Source of the DNA: a virus
Direction: 5' to 3' (one strand)
DNA length: 46,052 nucleotides
Virus record (IMG/VR): IMGVR_UViG_3300045988_022330
Span: 1-46,052 of that record
Program-made: the position numbers and the translations under genes
Shown: positions 16,375 to 26,105 of the stretch, piece after piece
How positions within the stretch are numbered: the stretch's first letter is position 1
Layout: the number at the start of each line of letters is the position of its first letter
Notes under the pieces: generated by a model
Seen by the model: the letters and a program-made list of their open reading frames with translations, nothing else
Databases searched by the model: none
What the model was told of the DNA's origin: nothing

Positions 16375-16628
16375 AGCAAATAACGTGTTATCATGGTTGA
16401 ACAAAAGGGAACCAACAACAATGCCGGGTTCCCGGTTATAAACGCCAAAAGGATTGCTAAAGCAACCCCCGCCCAAAAGGACAAACAGAAATCACAATTA
16501 AACATCTTTGCGAAAAACTCGTTGCCGTGGATTTGCACCCATTCGATAACGCCCCATTTGCGTAACAAGGTTAACCCGAATGCGGCAACCAAAGCAATCA
16601 CGACCGTATAAAATAAAAATGCTTTCAT
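16371..16628 (-). CDS. Small membrane protein, ~3 TM helices (85 aa)
   Basis: Hydrophobic stretches FLFYTVVIALVAAFGLTLL, LSFWAGVALAILLAFI and ALLLVPFCSTMI. Confidence 0.6.
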   Translation of the reverse strand: MKAFLFYTVVIALVAAFGLTLLRKWGVIEWVQIHGNEFFAKMFNCDFCLSFWAGVALAILLAFITGNPALLLVPFCSTMITRYLL

Positions 16629-16638
16629 ATACTTGTTG

Positions 16639-17208
16639 TTAATCAGTTAAACACGTTTCATCAATTCCCAATTCCCCGGCAAACCGGAACCCGGCGAACG
16701 GGTGCATTAAAAATTGGTTATCTATTTCGTCCAAAGTGAATCCGGCAAATATGTTTTCCGCCTTTGCGTACACTCTGTTTATTTTCATGGAACCGGAACG
16801 TAACCAAATACCGCCGTTCAATACCCGCATAATTTGTTGTTTGACCGCCTCCGTATTTCGGTTGTTTGGGTCGTTGGTTATCGTCCGCATATCGAACCAA
16901 AAGATAACCGAAAACGGCGTTGTATATTTGTTTTGTTCGCCGGGGAACCAATCAATTTGTTGCGGGTCGTCCAATACGAAAAACGAAAAATTCCCTATAT
17001 TACTATCCGGGGCAATCAACATATATTCGTTGCCACCGACGTAAATATTGGGCGTGTAATATCGTTTTCCCTGTATGGACTTAACCAACCGTTCCGAACG
17101 TCCAAAGGAATAATTAAGCCACGGCAACCCGTCCGCTAATCCCTTTTGAATATTGGCAATAACCCGGTCGAATAACTCCGGGTTCTTTATAATAGGTAAT
17201 CTATCCAT
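16639..17208 (-). CDS. Virion structural protein (189 aa; connector or tail component)
   Basis: Sits in the head-tail/tail block and overlaps its upstream neighbour by 8 nt. Confidence 0.5.
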   Translation of the reverse strand: MDRLPIIKNPELFDRVIANIQKGLADGLPWLNYSFGRSERLVKSIQGKRYYTPNIYVGGNEYMLIAPDSNIGNFSFFVLDDPQQIDWFPGEQNKYTTPFSVIFWFDMRTITNDPNNRNTEAVKQQIMRVLNGGIWLRSGSMKINRVYAKAENIFAGFTLDEIDNQFLMHPFAGFRFAGELGIDETCLTD

Positions 17209-17677
17209 TTCCGTATATTGTTTTTTTTGCTTTGGTTAGCAAATCCGGGTAAACGTATTGCCAAATCAGTTTAGCAATGTTTTCGTTCGTCAACCCTAAT
17301 ATTTGCCGCCCGTACTTTTTAATCAAATCTTCCGTTTTGAAATCCGACGCCTTAATTTCAAATTGTTTGTCGCCGACTTCCAAATAAAAACTACTCTCAA
17401 AATCGCCCTCATCCCGTAACGTTACCCGGTTCGTCGGTTGTCCCTTTTCCTCCTTAATGGCTATTGTTAGCGGGGTATAAGGTCGATAATCCATAATATC
17501 AACGCCCAATCGGTTAATACCTTGTTCAAATAATTGTTCCTCGGCGTTGGCATCAATGATAAACGCCGTTATCATTCCGTCGTCGATTATGTCCCGTATA
17601 ATCAACCCGGACGTCAACCCGTCGTTAAACGTATTAACCCGGTTGCGTAAATCAATTATTGATTGTAACCCCGCCAT
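17201..17677 (-). CDS. Virion structural protein (158 aa)
   Basis: ORF in the structural block with tight packing. Confidence 0.5.
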   Translation of the reverse strand: MAGLQSIIDLRNRVNTFNDGLTSGLIIRDIIDDGMITAFIIDANAEEQLFEQGINRLGVDIMDYRPYTPLTIAIKEEKGQPTNRVTLRDEGDFESSFYLEVGDKQFEIKASDFKTEDLIKKYGRQILGLTNENIAKLIWQYVYPDLLTKAKKTIYGNG

Positions 17678-17684
17678 AATGCAA

Positions 17685-19007
17685 TTACGTTGTCCGGTAC
17701 TTAACGCCCCGGTTGTTGCAACTCAAACAAATACGGTCAATCCCCTGCGTATCTAATCGCAAAGCCTCAAACGCTTTTTTAAGGTCATAACCCAAACCGC
17801 CGGGGCGTCCCTCAACGTTCCCGTCCAACTCATACAAAATTTCCATTTTAGAGGCGTTGGATTGGTTCCGGTTTACCCTTACGTTGGGGTTCATTGCCAA
17901 CGTGCGCAAAGCGATTGCCGCAACTTGGCGTTGTATTACCGTTTGGAATATCGCCCTTTGTTCAACGATAAAATCGGTTAGGTCGCAACCCACCGTTATT
18001 TCACAATTTAACCCGTAATTCAGCGTATTAGTGTACATCGTATAGGCTATATCCCACAACTCCGGATATTCGGCGAATGTTTCCGGGGCGTTGTACATAA
18101 ACGGGGAAATCTGCAAATACTTTGTCAATTGCCGCCATGCCTCAATATTGCCGTACCCGGTACACGTTCCGCACGGTTCCCGGCTCCAATCTTTCGACAC
18201 GTTAATTGCTTGCATCCCGGCGGGCAAATCGTCTTGATTGTAGCAAAGGAACCACGCACCCCCGGCGTTGTTTGCGTCGCTTATATACGGCAAAAAACAA
18301 TCTTCCAATGTAAACCATTGAAAGCCGCCATTTGTCAACGTAAAATTTAAATCAAACGTTTTTATTGGGTCAATCTGCGAACTATGGAAAAGGTACAATT
18401 TCACAATTCCGGTTCCGCCCGTCATTTGCAAGCCAACCCGGTGTATTTGGGCAGTTACTCCCATTGCCCGAACGGGGATTATTTCAAAACCAACCAATTT
18501 ATGTGCGTTCGGTTGGGTTGCTCTGATACGTCCCGCACCGTCAAAGAATGTGCGACGCTCTAATAAGTTTTTTGTCTCTTTATCCAACCCCTTTATTTGG
18601 GTAAACGTTTGTACCGCCGTGGAAATTCCGTTGCGGGTCAAACGCTCCAAATAGTCGGATAGTATGTTGTATTTCTCCCAAAAGGTCGAACCCTCGGCGG
18701 GAACCTCGGCGACGTTATCAACCAAAGCGACCCAATACAAGGGTTTGCCCGCCGCATCGTTGACGTATTGTACCACGGTTCCGGCTTTCCATTCCTTTGT
18801 ATCGTTCCAAACCGGGTATTGAAAACCCCAATTGTCCGGGACGATTGCCGCAATATTATCCAACGTTACAAGCGGGTGCGCCCCTTGAAAATATAACCCG
18901 CTTTCGGTTTCTGTCAACCGTTCGGCGATTGCCTCGGCGGGATTATATGATTGCTCCCAACCAACGACGTTTAATAATGCGTCTTGTATTTCCTTAATCC
19001 TATACAT
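17685..19007 (-). CDS. Virion structural protein (440 aa)
   Basis: The ATG at 19007 (MYRIKEIQDALL...) lies just downstream of the capsid-gene terminator. The track start at 19043 would lie inside the terminator hairpin. Confidence 0.55.
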   Translation of the reverse strand: MYRIKEIQDALLNVVGWEQSYNPAEAIAERLTETESGLYFQGAHPLVTLDNIAAIVPDNWGFQYPVWNDTKEWKAGTVVQYVNDAAGKPLYWVALVDNVAEVPAEGSTFWEKYNILSDYLERLTRNGISTAVQTFTQIKGLDKETKNLLERRTFFDGAGRIRATQPNAHKLVGFEIIPVRAMGVTAQIHRVGLQMTGGTGIVKLYLFHSSQIDPIKTFDLNFTLTNGGFQWFTLEDCFLPYISDANNAGGAWFLCYNQDDLPAGMQAINVSKDWSREPCGTCTGYGNIEAWRQLTKYLQISPFMYNAPETFAEYPELWDIAYTMYTNTLNYGLNCEITVGCDLTDFIVEQRAIFQTVIQRQVAAIALRTLAMNPNVRVNRNQSNASKMEILYELDGNVEGRPGGLGYDLKKAFEALRLDTQGIDRICLSCNNRGVKYRTT

Positions 19008-19020
19008 GCTGCGTAAAATT

Positions 19021-19052
19021 AAAAAGGGGGCGGGGATAACCACCCCGTCCCC
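19021..19052 (-). terminator. Rho-independent terminator/attenuator after the major capsid gene
   Basis: Minus strand reads GGGGACGGGG-tggttat-CCCCGCCCCC followed by TTTTT. One mismatch in a 10-bp stem. Confidence 0.75.
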
Positions 19053-19081
19053 TCGGTTAAATAATCGTTCCGTTTTGCGGT

Positions 19082-20200
19082 TTATGCACCCGCACCACCA
19101 CCCCCGGCGGGAAACTCGGTTGCGTTGGTAACGTAAACGGGCATTCCTAACGGTTCGTTCGGGTTGCGTGCTGCAATCTCGGCTTTGATAATCGGATTTG
19201 CCACGGTGTCCGGGTCGCTGTTATATGCTACCATGTAGGCAACATCAACGCTAAATCCGAAATACTCCTTAACGGCACACGTCAAATCAGCGGTTGCGGC
19301 TCCCATAATCGCCGATTGGTCGCCAACGGCGGTATAATAATGCGAACCAACGGGCAAATCAATGTACGGCAATCGTACAATGTCCCATTCGTGGAAATTC
19401 GCACGGGTACGGCGGTATGCCTCACGGTCAACACGGGTTAAGATACCAACGTTTCCATCAGCAACGGCAAACATTGTTCCCATTTTGCCCGCTTCATCCG
19501 TTACGTTGTTGGTATAATGCAATACTTTGTTGTCGTACTCCATACGCTTGTTAACGTCATTATAAACGCCATGTTGCGCTAACTTACGGATTAAGCTATC
19601 AACCCCCGCATTTGCGATAAGGTGGATATATTCCGGGTAACAATTCGCCCGCATGATTGGGTTAATATCTCCCAAAATCTCGGTTGCCATTTGGGTTGGA
19701 ACTTGTAAAACGTTTCCGGTCTGCGTGTAATTGAGCAATGTTTTGAACACTTGCGTTTTGTTTGCCTCCAATGCGGCAACCGCCCCGGCATCCAAAGTAT
19801 TTGCTAACGCCCGTGTCGTCTTTTCCATTTTACGCATAAAGTCATGGTTGTACGAAATCTCATTGTTTGAGTATGCCGCCGGAACCATCGTAAAACCGAT
19901 TGCATAGGTAGCCCAAACAAGCGTTACCAATGCGGACGTATTTTCGTTATCAGCAATAACACACGAACGCACGTTGCTAACTTGTACGTTTTCGTCGTAA
20001 TTGATAACCGGAACTTGTACCGTGTTACCGATACTTACTAATGCCCTATCTCTCAAATTGGGGCTAATGATTGAGTTGGGGGCGTTGGTTTGTTCAATGA
20101 AGAAATCCAATGCGCCGTACTCACACGGGCGGAACATATTACGGTCTAACTCCGGGTTCTCTATCCGCCAATTCTGTACTCTTGTTGCAATTAAACTCAT
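19082..20200 (-). CDS. Major capsid protein (372 aa)
   Basis: Size and position: immediately after the scaffold-like gene and followed by a strong terminator. No profile search was possible. Confidence 0.7.
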   Translation of the reverse strand: MSLIATRVQNWRIENPELDRNMFRPCEYGALDFFIEQTNAPNSIISPNLRDRALVSIGNTVQVPVINYDENVQVSNVRSCVIADNENTSALVTLVWATYAIGFTMVPAAYSNNEISYNHDFMRKMEKTTRALANTLDAGAVAALEANKTQVFKTLLNYTQTGNVLQVPTQMATEILGDINPIMRANCYPEYIHLIANAGVDSLIRKLAQHGVYNDVNKRMEYDNKVLHYTNNVTDEAGKMGTMFAVADGNVGILTRVDREAYRRTRANFHEWDIVRLPYIDLPVGSHYYTAVGDQSAIMGAATADLTCAVKEYFGFSVDVAYMVAYNSDPDTVANPIIKAEIAARNPNEPLGMPVYVTNATEFPAGGGGAGA

Positions 20201-20257
20201 TGTTTAAAAAATTAAATTGTTTATAAATGCGGGTTTACCCTTTACCCGTGTTGTCTT

Positions 20258-21211
20258 TTACTTTTCCGGCAATGCGGAAATATTATTGTCTTTCCATGCT
20301 TGTTGCATTCCGGCGTCAAATTCAGCCGTTCCAACTTTCAACCCTTGTTGTTCCAACGTCGCCGTAATTGCGTCGTATGCTTCAACCCGTGTTTTTGCGC
20401 CGGATATGTCAACGGTAATATTACCGCCCGCACCGCCGCCGCCCGCCGGGGGATTGGTTCCGCCGCCCGCCGCTTGGCGTCCTTTATCCAATATACCCAT
20501 TGTTTCCAATTCACGGGTCAAAAGGTCGCCGGGGGTGTACGGGTTCAACTGATTGTTCGGGTTACGCATGATTGCGCCGTTTTCGTCCTTAAACGCTAAC
20601 ATTTTCCCGCCTTTGCCATCGTCGATAAATTCCGGGTTCATACCCTTAATTTTGTCGATTGCTTGACCCAACAAAACCTTTGTTGCGCTTTCCGGCAATC
20701 CTGCCTTAAACTTCAATCCGGCGGTTGCTGTCTGCAATGCCGTTTCAACACGAATGCCGAACACCTCGTTTGTGTGGGCTTGTTCGGCTTGGTCGTATTT
20801 CGTTTTGAGGTCGTTGTATTGGGTCGTAACGCTTTGCAAATCTGCCTTTGCTTGCTTCAATGCCTTTGCGGTTTCCGCATCCGTCGCACCCTCGGCAATG
20901 GCTTTTTCCAAACGTGCCTTTTCTTTGGTTAGGCTGTCAATCTGTGATTGCAGACCGTTTGCGCCCTCAACTTTGGTTTTGAACTCGGTTAATACTCGTT
21001 TGGCGTAATCAAACGTTTTTTCGGTTCCGTTCTTGGCGATACCGGAAACGGCTAAAATGTCCGCATCCAAACCGCCGTAAATTTCCCCGGTTTTCTTTGC
21101 TATTACGCTATTTTCGTCATTGACTGATAACGTGGTTATCGCTGTCAATTGTTCGCCGGTTAATCCGGCTAATGCCGCATTTGCTCGTAAAACATCAATC
21201 GTTAATGCCAT
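20258..21211 (-). CDS. Scaffolding protein (317 aa)
   Basis: Helical Ala/Lys/Glu/Gln-rich sequence directly upstream of the capsid gene. Gly-rich linker GGGTNPPAGGGGAGG. Confidence 0.6.
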   Translation of the reverse strand: MALTIDVLRANAALAGLTGEQLTAITTLSVNDENSVIAKKTGEIYGGLDADILAVSGIAKNGTEKTFDYAKRVLTEFKTKVEGANGLQSQIDSLTKEKARLEKAIAEGATDAETAKALKQAKADLQSVTTQYNDLKTKYDQAEQAHTNEVFGIRVETALQTATAGLKFKAGLPESATKVLLGQAIDKIKGMNPEFIDDGKGGKMLAFKDENGAIMRNPNNQLNPYTPGDLLTRELETMGILDKGRQAAGGGTNPPAGGGGAGGNITVDISGAKTRVEAYDAITATLEQQGLKVGTAEFDAGMQQAWKDNNISALPEK

Positions 21212-21245
21212 AATCTTTCCCTTTGATTATTAAATTAATATTCGG

Positions 21246-21743
21246 TTACTTTTTGCCCTCGGCTTTGGCGTCCGCCTCGGCTTTCGCCTTGGCATCGGCT
21301 TTGGGTTCCTTTGCAGTTGTCGCCGGGATAACGCCCGCCGCTTTCAATTCTGCCAAAATCTCGGCTTTCAATGCTGCCTTTTCCTCGGCACGGGCTTTGG
21401 CGTCCGCCTCGGCTTTCGCCTTGGCATCGGCTTTGGCTTTTTCTGCCTTTGCCTTTTCGTCCGCCTCGGCTTTCGCTTTCATGTACTCGTTGGGGTCGTG
21501 CAATACGGTAATCGTGTACCCCTGTTTTTTCAGATTGTCGGCAATGCTATTTTCATAACCCTTTTTACCGAACTTCTGAATACGGGGAATTGATAACCGT
21601 TTGCCCGTTTCGCTGTCGAATTTCTTAATTTCGATAACGCAATGATACAAATGTTTCTCATTGTCCGGAACAATGTAGTTTTCGGGCGTAACGTCGATAA
21701 TCGCAACGTCTTTAGTTTTGCCCTCGCTTACTTTCACTCGCAT
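21246..21743 (-). CDS. Lys/Ala-repeat protein (165 aa), head-associated or DNA-binding
   Basis: Globular N-terminus plus a KAKAEADAKA-type low-complexity tail. Contains a perfect 44-bp in-frame direct repeat (21261..21304 and 21393..21436). Overlaps the portal 3-prime end by 32 nt. Confidence 0.55.
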   Translation of the reverse strand: MRVKVSEGKTKDVAIIDVTPENYIVPDNEKHLYHCVIEIKKFDSETGKRLSIPRIQKFGKKGYENSIADNLKKQGYTITVLHDPNEYMKAKAEADEKAKAEKAKADAKAKAEADAKARAEEKAALKAEILAELKAAGVIPATTAKEPKADAKAKAEADAKAEGKK

Positions 21744-23439
21744 AATCGTTAAATTTATTTGTTATAAAATTTATCTTAGAGTTGAACGGCATATTATACC
21801 CAAACTCTAACACGTTCAAATATTCACGTTCAAATCTGCGTACAAAGTTAGCAAAATTCAACTTTATACGCATATCGTTTTCGCTGATAATCTGTTTGTC
21901 GTACAAATCCAATACCTCGTTACGGGTCAAATGTCGGTACGGTTCCAATTCCGCCAACGTCAACATACGTTGCAATTGAGTTGGATTGTTCCGATATTCC
22001 GTTTCGATAATTTGGTTTTGTAGTGCGTCTAATTCCGCCTCGCTTGCGCCGCTTTCCTTTGCCACCTTGTAACGTTCCCGTAACTCCGTTGCGTTGGATA
22101 AATAAAACTCCGTGCCATAATTGACTTTTGCAGAAACAAACAAACCGCCATACCTCAAACGGCAAACGGTTTCGTCAACGAATTGTTGCGCCGCTTCAAA
22201 TCCTTTTTTTACCCGGTTTAATACCGTGCTTTGGCTTTCAAAGTTGGCGGCAATTTGTTGTTCGTTCAATGCGTCCCGTGTGGTTATTTCCTCGTTGGTT
22301 CCAACAACCGACGTAATAATATCGTTCTTTAGTCGGTTTTCTTCCTCAACGTTATAATCCAAACTCCCACGGTCAACGGTCAACATTTGCACCGGGTTAC
22401 GCAAATCGGGTTGTTTATCCCCGTCCGGTATTGGTATTTCCACGAACGACCCAACGCCGTTAATACGACTATCCCCACATTTGGGGCAACGCATCAATGT
22501 CCCGGCGGCATCCAATCTATAAAACCCCTGTTTGTCTTTCAAAAACCCACCGTCGCAATAATCGCCATTTTCGCCGTTACTGAAATCGCAACTTTGTTCA
22601 TACCCGGAATAAATCGGATATGCACCGTATAAGTCTAAATGTCGCTTACTGATATGGTAAAACAAAAACCAATCCAACGCCTCCAATTGCTTGGTTAGCG
22701 GGGATTGCTTAACGTCGGGTTCTGATAGGCTCAACGGTTCATTCCAAAAGAAACGGGCGGGACAATAACCGACGTCGTGCGGGTTATCAACCAACAATTC
22801 GCCGATATTATGGTTTTTATCCTCTCTGAATACCCTATAACGTTCGTCGTCAATAACTGCGATACGCTCCCCGTCCTGTCTGAAAATGATATAATCCATT
22901 ACCCCCGTCGTTGGGTTGGCTCTGTAATCAATCACGGACGCAATAGGCAACCAATAGAAATACGGTTGCGGGTATTTGTCGCCGGGGTTTTGTTCGCTCG
23001 GCATATCGACAATTAGAACGCTGTTTATTTCTGTTTGGAAAAACTCCCAACCTTTCGTACTCCAAATTTCCGGTTCGTGTAATACGTCTTGGCGGTAATA
23101 TTCCCAATCGTCCCGTTGTTCCGGGTTTTGGAATTGATAATTGAACGCCGGGTTACGACCGTCAAAAATTCGGCTCAACTTATCAAAACAAACGCCCGTT
23201 ACCTCGTTTGTTTTAACGGGGTAACGGAACAATGTTTTGAACATCTTAAACTTGTCATGCGGCAATAGGTTAGAAACAAATGCCATAAAGTCCGTAATCG
23301 GTTGGCAAATGTCAAACGACGTAATACGTGTGCGGGCGTGAAAATTAATGCGGTTTTGATGATAAACGGCTTTGTTTATCGTCTTACGCTTTTTCGGCTC
23401 CGTTATCCGTTTTTTTATTTCGTCTATACTCAATCCCAT
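21712..23439 (-). CDS. Putative portal protein (575 aa from the ATG at 23439)
   Basis: Large ORF lying between the terminase and the scaffold/capsid genes. The track start at 23532 is upstream; the start at MGLSIDEIKK gives less overlap with the upstream small gene. Confidence 0.6.
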   Translation of the reverse strand: MGLSIDEIKKRITEPKKRKTINKAVYHQNRINFHARTRITSFDICQPITDFMAFVSNLLPHDKFKMFKTLFRYPVKTNEVTGVCFDKLSRIFDGRNPAFNYQFQNPEQRDDWEYYRQDVLHEPEIWSTKGWEFFQTEINSVLIVDMPSEQNPGDKYPQPYFYWLPIASVIDYRANPTTGVMDYIIFRQDGERIAVIDDERYRVFREDKNHNIGELLVDNPHDVGYCPARFFWNEPLSLSEPDVKQSPLTKQLEALDWFLFYHISKRHLDLYGAYPIYSGYEQSCDFSNGENGDYCDGGFLKDKQGFYRLDAAGTLMRCPKCGDSRINGVGSFVEIPIPDGDKQPDLRNPVQMLTVDRGSLDYNVEEENRLKNDIITSVVGTNEEITTRDALNEQQIAANFESQSTVLNRVKKGFEAAQQFVDETVCRLRYGGLFVSAKVNYGTEFYLSNATELRERYKVAKESGASEAELDALQNQIIETEYRNNPTQLQRMLTLAELEPYRHLTRNEVLDLYDKQIISENDMRIKLNFANFVRRFEREYLNVLEFGYNMPFNSKINFITNKFNDYASESKRGQN

Positions 23440-23593
23440 TGTCGTTGGTAAATTTAAAATCGCTGTCTTTGGGTAACTGCCAACCGCCGTTGTTTGGCAT
23501 CCGTAACAACCTTTCGGCGTGCTTAATCTCAAATTCTTCGGCTAAACCATGCGGCGGACAAACTAATTTAACCTTTGTAACCTTTGCCGCCAT
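23384..23593 (-). CDS. Small hypothetical protein (69 aa)
   Basis: The ATG at 23593 (MAAKVTKVKL...) is 5 nt after the upstream stop. The 3-prime end overlaps the portal start region, so one of the two starts is uncertain. Confidence 0.4.
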   Translation of the reverse strand: MAAKVTKVKLVCPPHGLAEEFEIKHAERLLRMPNNGGWQLPKDSDFKFTNDNGIEYRRNKKTDNGAEKA

Positions 23594-23597
23594 ATCG

Positions 23598-24248
23598 TCA
23601 ACCTCCAACGGCAACTTTTAAATCCGTCAACGGATTAAAATCCGGGGCAATAATTGTGAGGTCGTCCGAATAGTTCGGCAAAAACGCCCATTGTATTGCG
23701 TTGCTGTCCGGGGCTTCTAATCCGCCGTGCGTTTTGTCCCCAATGAACAAAGAACGAATAGGAATAGGATAATACGTTGTCGGGGTCGTTTCGTCTTGAA
23801 TGGCTTCAATACTTCCGTTTTCATCAAACAGATAGACGCCCAAATTGTCCGCCCAACTTTCGCATTGTAATTCTTTCATCGCCTTAATTACTGATTGGGG
23901 GATTTTACGCATTACGCCCGTGAACGGGTTCGGTTCACGCCCTATAATTTCCTCAATACCTCCCAATGTTTCGTTACCGCCGCCAAAGGTTCGGGCGGCT
24001 CCGGCTTCGTTGGTCGGGGCTTGGATATACGGGGAAACGACAATCTTTGTACTATCAGCCGCCGCCAACAACGGCGTCCATGAAGCAAGCAAAGTAATTG
24101 CCTTTTCGCTCGTAAAACTGTTTTTGCTTCCATCGTCTTTGGTTAGACGCTGAAACGCAACCTTTTGAATTTGCCCGAAACTTTCGGCGCATTTAACGGC
24201 GGGAATATCGGGCAATGAAGCCGCCGCCGGACACTTACAAGTAATCAT
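23598..24248 (-). CDS. Hypothetical structural protein (216 aa), first gene after a promoter-like site
   Basis: ORF between terL and the portal gene with its own TAACTTTG box upstream. Confidence 0.5.
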   Translation of the reverse strand: MITCKCPAAASLPDIPAVKCAESFGQIQKVAFQRLTKDDGSKNSFTSEKAITLLASWTPLLAAADSTKIVVSPYIQAPTNEAGAARTFGGGNETLGGIEEIIGREPNPFTGVMRKIPQSVIKAMKELQCESWADNLGVYLFDENGSIEAIQDETTPTTYYPIPIRSLFIGDKTHGGLEAPDSNAIQWAFLPNYSDDLTIIAPDFNPLTDLKVAVGG

Positions 24249-24329
24249 ACTCTTTAAATTTTAACGTTAAAAATTACATTTGTTACCTCGTTGGGCTGTC
24301 CCTTTGCCCTCTGTATTACTTCTACGTTG

Positions 24330-24359
24330 CAAAGTTATAAACTTTTTCCGTTATAAACT
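24330..24359 (-). promoter_or_regulatory. Promoter-like -7 box (TAACTTTG) with a 10-bp direct repeat
   Basis: Minus strand reads AGTTTATAACggaaaaAGTTTATAACTTTGcaac. The -7 box is at 24330..24337. No clean -33 TTTG at the canonical spacing. Confidence 0.45.
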
Positions 24360-24379
24360 TGCATATCTCAATTAAATTG

Positions 24380-25933
24380 TCAGTTACGACGTTTAACGCC
24401 CCGGTTGGCGTGTGCGTATGGTTGTATATTGCCGTCGGCAATCTCTTTTTCGTAAATCCCGGTTAATCCGTCCTCCGGGTCGTCGTGCGTGTTCGCATCG
24501 AAATTACGCAAAAAGGTTGTAACATGGTCGTAAACGGCTTTATACCGGGTTTCCCATCCGAACGGCATAATTATATGTTGGTTTACCATTGCGGAATTAG
24601 TGATTATCCGGCTTTCCTTGTTACCCCCTTGATAAAACGGGTCGGTAATTGCCCGGACTTTCTTTTTAATAACCTTTTCAAAGCCCGCACCCCCGTTGTT
24701 ACTCTCAACCCATACTTTTTGCGTGCCATTGCGGTTTATCATCGCCGGGACGGTTACGGTTGTTACGTCCGTGTTTTCGTCCGTTATTTCCATGTCTGTA
24801 ATCAAAGCAAATAACAACGGTTCCATCCGCTTTGTTTTCTCGTTGAAAACCATGTTGTCGGATTTATAGACGTCATACGTTGCGCCAAACAAAAGGTCGT
24901 CCCCCTCATCGGCAACGTCAATGTATGCGCCGGAACGTATGTACGTGCCGTAATCGGATTTTTCAACCCACGTTTTGAACGGTTGATATAATCGACCCTC
25001 GGCGGAACCGGGGTTGCCTTGATAGAGGCATTGAAATTGTACCGGGTCTAATGCCTTTTGCGCTTCCAACTTCATACGGTTGTGCCGTCCCTCCCATAAT
25101 GCAGCCCCAACCGGGCGGGGGTCTATCTCGGTCGGTTCCCCGGTTTTCAACGCTTCAAAGTTTATGCGTACCCACGCCCCCGGCGGTATGTTATCTAAAT
25201 CAGCCCAACGGGTTACATCAATGATTATTTCCCCGCTCTTTTCAATACGTCCTATCAAATCGTCATCGTGCCAACGGGTAAATACTATTAATTCCTGCGA
25301 ATCGTTATGTAAGCGGGTACGAACAACGGTTGTGTACCATTTCCACGCCGCCGCCCGTACTATCGGGCTGTTACCCTCGGCATAATCTTTATAAACGTCG
25401 TCTAATATCGACACGTCCACGGTTTTAGAGGTCAACGAACCGCCACGCCCCACAACACGCAACGACCCCTTACGCCCTACCATTTCGATAACATCACTAT
25501 TGCGTAAATACGTGTTTGCCATCGTTACGACGTTGGAACCGTTTAGATACGTGCCGGGGAACAATTCACGATACCGGGGCGTGTCAATGATACGTTGAAC
25601 GTCCCGGTTGAAATCCCGTGCAATTGTGGCGGCGTATGAACCTATCACAATCTTTAAATCCGGGTTCAACCCCTCCATAAATGCGGGTAATTTACGGCTC
25701 GACCCCTCCGATTTACCATGTTGGGGCGGCTGTTGTACAATCATCTTTCGGATTTTCCCATGTGCGAACATATCCAACAGGGTATAATATACGACGTGGA
25801 ACGGCTCCAACACTAAATCCGGCTGCATATATCGGGCAAAGTTAATAAGGCGTTTGCGGGCGGCGGCTTTTACCAATTCGCCGGGGTTCTCGCTTAACGC
25901 CTTATACATTTGCAATAATTGTTCGTTATTCAT
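24380..25933 (-). CDS. terL: Terminase large subunit (517 aa)
   Basis: N-terminal ATPase with a Walker-A-like QQPPQHGKSE, then a C-terminal nuclease-sized domain. Position downstream of the small subunit. Confidence 0.85.
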   Translation of the reverse strand: MNNEQLLQMYKALSENPGELVKAAARKRLINFARYMQPDLVLEPFHVVYYTLLDMFAHGKIRKMIVQQPPQHGKSEGSSRKLPAFMEGLNPDLKIVIGSYAATIARDFNRDVQRIIDTPRYRELFPGTYLNGSNVVTMANTYLRNSDVIEMVGRKGSLRVVGRGGSLTSKTVDVSILDDVYKDYAEGNSPIVRAAAWKWYTTVVRTRLHNDSQELIVFTRWHDDDLIGRIEKSGEIIIDVTRWADLDNIPPGAWVRINFEALKTGEPTEIDPRPVGAALWEGRHNRMKLEAQKALDPVQFQCLYQGNPGSAEGRLYQPFKTWVEKSDYGTYIRSGAYIDVADEGDDLLFGATYDVYKSDNMVFNEKTKRMEPLLFALITDMEITDENTDVTTVTVPAMINRNGTQKVWVESNNGGAGFEKVIKKKVRAITDPFYQGGNKESRIITNSAMVNQHIIMPFGWETRYKAVYDHVTTFLRNFDANTHDDPEDGLTGIYEKEIADGNIQPYAHANRGVKRRN

Positions 25934-26105
25934 TTTCCTTACTTGTTATTTTATGAAACGTTTCAATATCACATTCCGGGCAATAACACCACAATTCCCG
26001 CCCGTTTAAACTTTCATTATCCCCGGTATCTATAACCTCCCATGTTGTACACTCTTTGCCGCAATTCATACATATTGCAACTGGGACAACTTCGTTATCA
26101 TTCAT
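25926..26105 (-). CDS. Small zinc-ribbon protein (59 aa), below the ORF-track cutoff
   Basis: Hand translation gives MNDNEVVPVAICMNCGKECTTWEVIDTGDNESLNGRELWCYCPECDIETFHKITSKENE. ATGA overlap with the upstream gene and an 8-nt overlap with the terL start. Two CxxC pairs. Confidence 0.6.
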   Translation of the reverse strand: MNDNEVVPVAICMNCGKECTTWEVIDTGDNESLNGRELWCYCPECDIETFHKITSKENE

